DNA from: Mizuhopecten yessoensis
Lineage: Eukaryota
Direction of reading: 5' to 3'
DNA length: 64,000 nucleotides
Assembly: GCF_002113885.1 (NCBI RefSeq)
Contig: NW_018408566.1
Location: 914,983 to 978,982 of the forward strand
Shown one piece after another: positions 27,753 through 37,981 of this stretch; positions within the stretch are counted from its first letter, which is position 1; each line of letters starts with the position of its first letter. A program made the translations under genes and the position numbers. The notes under the pieces are model-generated. The model was not told the DNA's origin. It searched no databases and was given only the letters and a program-made list of their open reading frames with translations.

Positions 27753-29064
27753 TACCTGTATCACCATATTCCGTTTTCCTTGAAAAAGACGCTTTTTCAT
27801 TTCATTGATTTTTTTTTTATCAATAATGCGATTTATGGAGTTATTGACAAGGATGATGGTGTACAATGGAAAAATTAAAAACATGAAAAATAATTACTAC
27901 TGACATGAATGTTAGACAGCGCTGTATTTTGTGGTATGCGTGACAGGCAGAGTACTGAGAGAAAATGAGTGAGGTAAAATAGCACACCATCAATACATAT
28001 ATAGAACAAATCCGAACGGGAAGTCGATACAGACTACAACAACAATCGAGGCGACACCAAACAAGGGGTGCATAATAAAATCTAAAGCCATGAATAGAAT
28101 ACTAACTAATAATAGTTTTTAAAATGACATTTGAGAATGATATTTGTTTTTCAATTTATCACATACCATGTTTTTATAACATATGAAAATAATGGGACGA
28201 GAGAAGATTTTAGAAGAGAACTGCCATTTTAAAAGTGATATAATCTAAGAAATGATTGCAAATATATATCCTGCTGCATTAAAACTCCAGTTTCACTGAC
28301 ATTGAAAAGGAATCCGCGTGCTGGGGAACTTAATTTTTAACCCGGGAATCATGCTATTTCGCACATGAATACATATACATTGAAAAGTTTTGTTGTTTGA
28401 TAAGTAATTGTTTGGCGATTCTGTGGGATATAAATATCATTACCTCATGTACGTGCACTTTCTCATGATATGTACACGTGTACAGAGTGCCCTTTACACT
28501 GCATTACCTGTGGTTGTGTAGCCCCTACTTTTACCTTAAGTAGCATCTGTTACAGTAAACTAAGGTCGGGCAAGTTTAATATTTGCGTATGCGCCATTTA
28601 CAAATACGGCAACAGCGACCGTTCTCAAGGTTACGGAATATATCGAAAACCGTTACCTGTTTAAACTTTTTGTCGTTGCGACTCTCATAAAATTCATCCT
28701 AAATAAACAACATATGCTGAACTATGCACGGGTCAAACAAGATTCTAATTAATAAAGCCGCCAACATATTTCATGCGTAGATGTAAAAACATTCCCTAGT
28801 GATTTTATTTTTTTTAATTTACGGCAATTATTAAGAGAGTTTGGAAGTAGTCTATATTTACAAATATCATGGGCTCTAACTTCCTTCTGTAAACGTTAAC
28901 ACGTACCTTCCATGGTGCAATTCTAAAGCTGACATGTCAAAAGGGATTATAGGTATCGAACGTAGCTCAAGTGTGTTACAACTGTTATATATACTATATA
29001 CCTAAAACCCACTAATACATACAACATATTGTACGGACATTACCTAGAAATAAAGCCTACTTAC

Positions 29065-30258
29065 CAGGGCTACTTTGGTGTGAAGAGTGTCGCTGAATAC
29101 TTGTTTTTCGTCGGCATAATTTTTCAGTTTTACGTATTTTTTGGGACTGACCGTCGCCATGGATGAACGCCTCCTCTGAGAAGACGGACTGTATAAGTTG
29201 ATATTACTGAAACTGTCCCTCCTCTGCTTTGCTCTGTCCTCGGGATGGTCTCCATTTGTTATCAAGGTAGACCTGTTATCCACCATGCCATTAAGAAGCA
29301 ATTTGTTATTTTCAATCACGCCATTTTCTTTACCTGTAGACATGTTTCCCTTGTTGTTTTTACTCAAATCCCCGTTCTCCTTAACCACCACGGTAATTTT
29401 CTCTGTGTTTTGATGAATTTCAATCTTTTTATTGTCGTGCTGATCGATATTGCCACCAGGTGCCACCACCGTCGTTGGTCGGTCCGTGTTCGATAATCTC
29501 CCGCGTAATTTGACGTCTGCGTCGGTCACGTCCGAGTCAATTTGACTCGCAGGGCGAGTAACCACGATTTTAGGAGAATTATCACAATGATTCATATTCG
29601 AATTATTCTTGCTCATGATTGTTGGCGAGTTTGATTTTGTTTGCGATTCAGCGTCCTTCACTTGGTACTTCTGATTCTTGTGGGACGTACCATTGCAATT
29701 TGGAACAATTGGAAAATTTTGGTCAATATCACAAATGCAGCACTGGTTATCCACGAAACATCCTTCCGTGCGTTTATCTTCTAATCGTCTGCCCCGATTC
29801 CGGCACGGGCTGAGGCTTCGCCCTTCATTCCTGCTCGGCGAAGCAGACGATGCTCTAGAGAAGGTCCGCCGGATCCTGCTTACAATAGAGTCATTGTTGA
29901 CAACCTTTCGAGTAACTCGGATTGTCCTGGGCACACCGTTCTCGCGGAAGGTAGTTTCAAGGTGGGTAGAATAGCCGTCGGGGCCACGAAGTATTAACGC
30001 TACGGGGGCGTCAACTGGAAGAGCCTTTAATAACTCAACAGCGTCATCATAACTCTTTTCCGATATGTCGATTTCATTAACTCGTAAAACAGTATCACCT
30101 ATGTGAACCAATCCGCTCTGTTCAGCTAACCCCCCAGCTACTAAGGCCGACACTGCCACATACGGTTTCTGTGTGCGGGGCTTAATCAAAAACCCCAGAC
30201 CATCCTCGTGACGTTTGAAAAGTTTAACTCGAATCCGGTTGGGTAATTCGGTTTCCAT
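29065..30258 (-). CDS. NOS: Nitric oxide synthase (nNOS-like), first coding exon: PDZ domain, beta-finger and linker (398 aa)
   Basis: ATG at 30258 (METELPNRIRVKLFKRHEDGLGFLIK..., GLGF loop); beta-finger GPDGYSTHLETTFRENGVPRTIRVT resembles nNOS GPEGFTTHLETTF...TIRVT; ends KYVKLKNY...DTLHTKVAL at a CTG|GTAAGT donor, phase 0. The ORF track's GTG start and VSRLYF tail are probably not part of the main product. Confidence 0.93.
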
Positions 30259-30372
30259 TGTTGGTGCTGTGTTCACGAACGATTTAATGTGTTATCCTTT
30301 TACCTGCTATCACGGCTAATCACTATCTACTGTACGACTGGCTGACTCCAGTCAAGCCGGCCATTACTCCCT
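30259..30372 (-). other. NOS: 5'UTR part of the PDZ exon
   Basis: Strong acceptor ccctttttttctgttacag| with exon start at 30372, implying at least one upstream non-coding exon. Confidence 0.65.
30323..30364 (-). promoter_or_regulatory. Upstream ORF (13 aa, MAGLTGVSQSYSR*) in the NOS 5'UTR
   Basis: gtaATGg context 8 nt after the acceptor; TAG at 30325-30323, 64 nt before the main ATG. Confidence 0.5.
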
Positions 30373-31739
30373 CTGTAACAGAAAAAAAGGGACAACATTT
30401 AAAGTACGAACCAATATACACATTCCACAGGCATCTTTAATAAGAAAACGTCAATACATTAATACAGGTTTATACTAATATCATGCAGGTTTAATATTAC
30501 AACAAATTACAGTATATACAGATATATTTATTAACATTTATAAATTATTCAGAAATGAATAAAAAGTTTAAGTCAATGTTATCAACAGAGGCATGGTCAC
30601 CACACAGCATTGCGTATCTCAATCAGATTACTATTTTACAGATTTAGAAATGTCTTTCATCTTTGAATTAATTTTACACGTAGAATTTGGAAAATACAAT
30701 ACTTCCGGCAAGAGAGATATTCTATTACGCTGCAATGTTAACGGTTTAGGTATGGTAAGAACATGTAATACACGTGTAAATCGTTATAAAATACAACAAT
30801 CGGCTGTAACGTGTTGTTTCCGTGTAACGACCCTTTTGACGTTAGACAACAAGGTGGTCAACGACTTTCTTTATGCGGGCGATTAAACCATTATTTCCTT
30901 GCGATCATCCCAAACCTACTTGCATCAATGTTGTCCTGAGTTGTCTCTAAGATTGTTCTTAGTACGTATTGGTGGTAAAGTCCGGTGTCCTATTCTGTAT
31001 CTCCACTAACTTGACAGGTCAAGGTGATTGCAACATGGTATTCAATGGTCTTTATAAGTAGAAAAAATATCCCAAAAACCGGTCCATGGTGAAGTATAGA
31101 GATCAAAACTACACGTTTTCCTGCTTATATTGCACATGTCACTGTCTTAACAAAAAGTAAAAGAAAAATAGGTAGACCTGGCCGTTTATTGTGGTCAAGC
31201 TCTCCTCCAAGTGAAAGCTTCACCTATATGAACTATCACAAATGTCCCGCCTTGGCTTTTAAAGGCCCCATTCGTGACGTAGGAGAACAATTCTAAACCC
31301 TGGTATTTAGCTTCTCTTTGGCCTTACAGCAAATGTGATTATGGCCAGTTATGTCGATGTCGAAGACTGAGGAACTTGTCATATATACCATTTCACCAAT
31401 ACAGCTAGGTGGCACTTCACACCCTTAACTCAATAATACTTATTTGTTACTACATACGTGTTGTAACCCCAACCGTTATTTATCTACACCAATTTGTTCT
31501 GGCCATTCTAAAACGAATGCCGTCAAAACAGTTCGACTCTCTCCCGAGGCCCGAAATAGATGCCCTCTATAGGGCAGGAAGAGAAATCCCAAAGCCCAAG
31601 ACGAGATGAAAACAACAATGTCATATAAAGTTTCGAAATAAACCGAACTATCTAGATCTGTATATATGTGATATGTACGTAAGTCATTGACCTCTCTAGC
31701 ACCATGCACGGTGATAAGGACGCTATGGATCAGCCGTTC

Positions 31740-31990
31740 GGTATTACGGAAATTACCGACTTTCTGGATAGTTTTACGGAAGTCACCAACTTTCTGCAGT
31801 TACCGACTCACTGATAGTTTTACCAAAATTACCGACTCACTGTATAGTTTTACGGAAGTCACCGATCTCCATGTATGATTTTAGATTGACGGAAGTCTCC
31901 GGTCGCTCTTTACGATACACGGAAGTTGCCAATCTCTATCTATGGTACCGGAAGGCGTCGATCTCATGTACGGTGACACGGTAGATGCGA
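31740..31990. repeat. Degenerate ~30-bp tandem repeat
   Basis: tttacggaagtcaccgactc variants. Confidence 0.7.
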
Positions 31991-32519
31991 TTGATCTGTA
32001 TAGGACACTTAGTCACGTGTTCCGAGTACACGACTAATTATAATAACATATATCTGTTAGTTTTAGCTGATCGGCAAGAAAACTGACGGAGAAGGTTACA
32101 TAATATAAGGATGACTGACGTGATTGTGCTCTTTTTTTAATAGTGATTATTGAACCCTTGTTCTGTAGCGTGTTAACAGTCTTTAACAGGTTGCTGTCAC
32201 ATTAGCGCATTACACATCCATCAAATTCTCAAACTCTTATCCCGGATCAAGAAACACATATTTAAAATTTAACCTTACGCCAGCTATTGACTCGTTGCTT
32301 TTAGAATAAACCATTAGTTAGAAATCGTAAATTGAATATAACTTAACACTAGTCAAATAATCGATGAACATTCATGCTTTTTTCTATCTTAATGCCCATG
32401 ATTTGTTCTAAGAAAAAAAATCCAATCATGATCATGAATGTAAGATTCACTGCCTTGGCTATTGGATGGATAGGAAAGTGACGGAGTAATTCTACACGCT
32501 GGAGGTAGCCAGACAGCTG

Positions 32520-32773
32520 GGCCCGTATTCATGAAACTGTTCTCATGCTCAAGAATGGATTCTGTGCTCAAACCAGCTTTCTTGTTACTCACTTTAATCA
32601 TGTAAAACAATCAAAAAGTCAAATGTAAACATTGAAAATAGTATTCGGCTTTTAGTCTCTGCAAACTGTTTTCAAATCATTGAAAAAATAAGATTGTTTT
32701 ATTAATTTATAGCTGAAACACGAAATTAGGCTTGAGCACAAAAACCATGCTTTCGCTTTCATGAATACGGGCC
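32520..32773. mobile_element. Non-autonomous PIF/Harbinger-type MITE (254 bp)
   Basis: Perfect 17-bp TIRs ggcccgtattcatgaaa / tttcatgaatacgggcc; 3-bp CTG target-site duplication at 32517-32519 and 32774-32776. Confidence 0.85.
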
Positions 32774-34056
32774 CTGGTGCTTCTGATGATTCACTACAGT
32801 CACGTGTGTACTAAAACAACGCTGTCATGAGTACCAGTACACTACTAACCCTTTACGATGTAGGGTAATCTTCTATACGTAATTGTTAACTTATAAAATC
32901 TACAGAAACTGGGCTAATCTGTTAATGTATACATTCATTAAACCTTGTAATATCGTATTTTTCCTATTTTAGCGTAATGAAAATAATGAATAATATCAAT
33001 TTCGACTTGTTTGTTTGCTTGTTGTATTTGGTTTTTGTTTTGTTTTGTTTGTTTGACAATTGCGACAATTTTTTTCAAAGATATTTCTCATTGTCATAAA
33101 CGGTTGTGTGAGAAACACATTGTCAGAACATACATACTAAAACGTCTACGTACTTTTAATACGTCTACCCCGTGTTATACTGCAATATTACTGTTAATAG
33201 CTATAAGATAAGTGTGGTATATCCTGTCCGTACAGGACATTAATCTTACTGTAGAGGTCACATTGACCACACAAGTCGGCTGACCTTACAAATCACGTCT
33301 ACTTACCTGCTAACGGAGAGCAATCTAATTAACAGGTGTTGGTACTTGGCGATCGCTAGTGATATAATGATAACCGTTACTACATGTACAACAGTAACGG
33401 TAACATCACACACAAGTCGTCGGATTGGACAAGAGTTTTGGGAATTATAACATTTCTATTGTTGGACGTAAATAACGCGTATTGTGTAAACGTTACAGAT
33501 CAAAACATCGTGCGTGAACTTATAGCAGATAGGTCACGTACATACGTAAACAATCATTAGTAGTGTTCTGTGATGTCACAGACAACATCACGTCTTGGAA
33601 CAATAAACAGGATATAATCAAACCCGAAGCAATGACCGGTTATATGTAGTTATTGATGTATTGTTGTGTATGTAAATTGTATAAACTGTCAAATTTATGG
33701 AATGAAGTAAATAAAGTTTCCTTGTTAGTTTGATGAAACCAATAAAAACTCTTTTCCAATCAGGATTCGTCTTCCATAAATATAAATCCACATGATATGT
33801 TTGGTTTTAGCATGCACATCCATAGGCATACTAGCATACCAGTAGCGACTGGAGCAAATGGAAAACCTGGTTTTGATAAAAAAAAATATATAAACCAGAT
33901 TAATACGACTTATACAACTGTGTAATTGAACCTGTATTTCGGAAATATGTATGTCCCAGACATCAAAACAAACAGATGGAACTAAACTTATATATTTTAT
34001 AGAGTACATTGATTAATTGATATCAATAACACTTGCTGGTTCGGCTGGAAGCTTAC

Positions 34057-34125
34057 AGGGGTCTTAATATGGGAGGAAATCGGAATTCTTGGAGAAACAT
34101 ACCCACCCCTGACTTATTCAAACAA
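34057..34125 (-). mobile_element. Degraded V-SINE fragment
   Basis: ggggtcttaatatgggaggaaatcggaattcttggagaaa versus gggtcttaatgtgggaggaaaccggagtacccggagaaa near 23452. Confidence 0.6.
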
Positions 34126-36583
34126 ATGACGTATTTGTTTTTCAAAGATGCAAACGCTATCCATCTACAAGCATATGAAAAGCTGTACAGTTTTATTCCA
34201 GAAACCTGTAGTTAAGAGATTCACTGAATTCACATTGTTTTAGATGGGACGGTTTGTGAGGTGGCAATATACTGAAGCTGTGTAGAGATGCACGTACGTG
34301 GTTACCGACCAGACACTACAGCAATGTCTTTTCCTCGTAAATAAGTATATGTGTGGCGATAAGAAGACTCAGAGAGCTAATTCGTGTAGCAATTCATCTT
34401 CAAGCCTACAGTCACGCAAGGACACGAGATTTGACACGAGGTCCGACACGCAAACGTTGTGGGTTGCGCTTGTAAGGTGCAAACCATGCATGGTAAGCAA
34501 TGGAATGAGGTTGGGGCATGCAAAGTAGATCGGGACTGGTGAGGTATTTAACTATCTGCGTAATCTATTAGGTGTATATATGAGGATGTGTGTTGTAATT
34601 TAAAACCTTTGTTAAAAGTGCAAGTTGGACAATTACATGTAAAACAATATCTCAATAGACTGGCTTCGTCTTCGGCTGAAATCTGGCACTGGGCTTGATA
34701 GTGCTGCTATGAGAAAATTGCGACACTTGTAAACGGAGAAATACGTAATTACGTAAATGTAGAAAATCAAATATTGTGTGTTGGAACAATGAGTGATTCA
34801 ATTATGTATCAAAGTCGAGTTCGAATGTTAAGATTCCGGTGAAGAGGATTTGTATCCATTAAACACACAATCAGCGGTATTTTTGCGATTTTTAAGGACT
34901 GTAAGAATTGCGCAAACATTCATAAATAATACACAGTCAGAAATATTTCATGTTCTTAATCCATGTGTATAACTGCGCTCGTGACTACGTGACCAATTGC
35001 AGGTATATTTTTTCTCGATAAATGAAAGCATTCGTAACCATTAAGCAAACGAACATCCCTGTGTACCTTAAAATAAAAGCCAGCTATTTGTTATATAAAT
35101 AAAATATTACAATAGATATTCGTTTAATGTCATTAGAACCTCCCACAATCTACGATAATCAATGGTTTGACAAATTTACAAAAAAAATGTTTTTAAACGG
35201 AACGAAAGCGAACAATATGTGTAGACTATCATCGTATGTGATCACACACTAATGTTGATGAGGATTTCTATTTTCAATCGGGCGTAAACCGTCTGTGAAT
35301 TATACAATGAACTATTCATCAGTTTACATATAAAAAAAAAAATTGGTTGGAATGCTTTTGAGAAATACATCGTTTCGAACCAGAGAATAAAAGAATATTT
35401 TGTAATGTGTACCATAATGTAAAAACTATAGAAAGCAAAACATGAAATGATGTAAAGCGTATACATTGATCTGCTTCTTCATTGGTATCGCCACAAACGA
35501 AAGCAAAGAGGCGATTCCTAGGGCTTTATGGTGAAGTGAGTTCCTCAGATATAATGTACGAACCAATATGCACTTGTGTACAGACGAGAGAACGTTATAT
35601 TTTCATCATAAACATGTTAACACAATGTTACATACAATTATTGTAATGCCGGTGTAAACATGACTCTGGTACAGAACTGGGCGGGTTAACAAGTACACTG
35701 ATAGCCAGACGTGTTGTTTTGTGTATAAAACTGTTATGTTAATTACGAGGGGTGCCAAACATTGTTTAGTAGATAACAACGAGACTGTTGTGTTCACACG
35801 TGTCTGCTGTATAGTAGGCTGTCTTGTTTAGTGATGCAGCACGATACAAAAATGTCATATTAATTTTAATCAAAATGCAGTGTTTATTGGAGACAGACGA
35901 CGCATAACAGTTAGTGATAATTGTAGGTTGTATTAGGGGTAGATGATTACCCTATCATAAGTTGGGAGAGTTATTCAATCTAAGGGTTAAATACAGTGAG
36001 TTCGAACCTCGATTTTAACATAGGGATGTACGAACAAAAATGATCAGTTTTTTATTTGTTTTCGTAAAAGATAAATGTTTGTAACGCTGACCAAACACTT
36101 GATACCTTAGTAGGTAAACCGGAAGTAAACATTGCGAGCATAATTTAGTAATAAAAGGGATGGGTAACGACATTTATCCGGATGTTTTTATTCAATTTTA
36201 TTCGGCCTATTACATGTGTTCTTAGTGTAACCTATCAGAAGGATGAGTATTTACAGTAAACAATATTATTACTTTGTGTATGATTATTTTCGATATTTCA
36301 TTTTTCTTATACTGAAAATCTGCCAGGATTGGGTCCCTGGGCTCAGCACTTTGGAACAAAACTGGGTGTCATTTAGAATGTGACTCTTCCATCATTCCTT
36401 TCATTTATTTTCCTACATTCCATATACATATTGCATTATCCAGTGAGCATTATGAATTAACCGGTATCCATGTCAGAAGAAATGCAAAAAGTGACAGATT
36501 AGTCCCCCTACGTGAGGACCCACTCTGTAGCAATGAGCCCATGGGTCAAACCCTCGCAAACTTTCAATATATTAAGGAAAAGT

Positions 36584-36822
36584 GTGGTCGAGTGGCGCAG
36601 TGGATAGCACAATCGCCTTTCACCAAGGTAGCCTGGACTCAATTCTCCGATCGGACGGGAAAAGGTATGGGGTCACCAGCCCGACTACGTGGGTTTCCTC
36701 CGGGTACTCCGGTTTCCTCCCACATGAAGACCCCCAGTGCTAACATCCGGGCCAACAAGAGTTATTAATATAAGTTGTAATAATTTGTTTAATGATTGTT
36801 GTAAAATAAAGTTTATATTATT
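36584..36822 (+). mobile_element. tRNA-derived SINE, V-SINE-like
   Basis: agtggcgcagtggatag head, gtgggtttcctccgggtactccggtttcctcccaca core, aataaa AT-rich tail. Confidence 0.85.
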
Positions 36823-37639
36823 GAAAAGGGCATGGTAAATAAGTATGCTTTAAACCTAGAACAACCTCAAAATATACAAAAAATAAAATACTGCAACTAA
36901 ATACAAAATATATTTTGTTTTGCAAACATACTCATGTTACATGATTTATTTTCTGTAAAATTCATATCGTATTGTTGCATTCAGTCGTGCGTTTGTATTG
37001 TACTTAATTTATTTATAAACATTATTTTCTGATGTAAAACTTTGTCATTTCCATGCGACTATATGTTGTTCCAGTCAAAAAATTAACGTGGTGAGAAATT
37101 GGCTGATCACATCTTTGACCCAACGAAGAGGAAAACGTACGAAGCATTCCGATGTGTATGAACACCGTCTGCAAGTAGCCAATAAAATCAGTCGTGTGTG
37201 AAGTCAAACAACGCTCCCGTTGCATAATGAACGTTTTCAAAGATGGCGTGCAAGCATACCGAATCAATGATTTACGACATCTGAAGTGGGTGCAATGAAA
37301 AAGAACGTTCCATTAAATTTGGATCTGAAACACACCACGTCGCTCACTTTAGATGAAGATATACTTAGGTATATGCAATTAGTCTGGCACACCTGTCAAT
37401 CAATATCTGGTCAATTATGACGTCATAAAATCTTACTAAGCAAATCATTAGCAGTATTTATTCGATTCATTGTACGTTTATGCTACATACAAGAACATCG
37501 AGCTTTCTTTTAAATCGTAACAAAGGTCACGTGTATGTTTGTACTGGACCCAGGAACCATTTCATAATATAAAATATTGAATTATCTATTTAGCCCTTTA
37601 TATGAAAGTCACTATTGAAGCTCTGCAAACAAATGATCT

Positions 37640-37981
37640 AATTGTTCAGCTATCAAACAATAATACCACTGTTTTGATATAAAATCATGAAGTAACTGTT
37701 CAGCTATCAAACATAAAAGTCACTGTTCAACTATTAAACGTAAAAGTCACTGTTCAGCTATCAAACGTAAAAGTCACTGTTCAACTATCAAACATAAAAA
37801 TCACTGTTCAACTATCATACATTTTAGTAACTGGTCAACTATCAAACATTAAAGTCACTGTTCAACTATCAAGCATAAAAGTCACTTATTAGCTATCAAA
37901 CATAAAAGTCACTGTTTAGCTATCAAACATTAAAGTCACTGTTTAGCTTCAAACATTAAAGTCACTGTTCAGCTATCAAAC
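37640..37981. repeat. 27-bp minisatellite, ~13 copies
   Basis: aaagtcactgttca(a/g)ctatcaaacat. Confidence 0.9.

Noticed and set aside
29198-29974. Plus-strand ORFs antisense to the PDZ exon (possible antiNOS)
   Set aside because: Shadow ORFs of coding sequence; no inverted NOS duplicate like the Lymnaea antiNOS pseudogenes was seen in the window.
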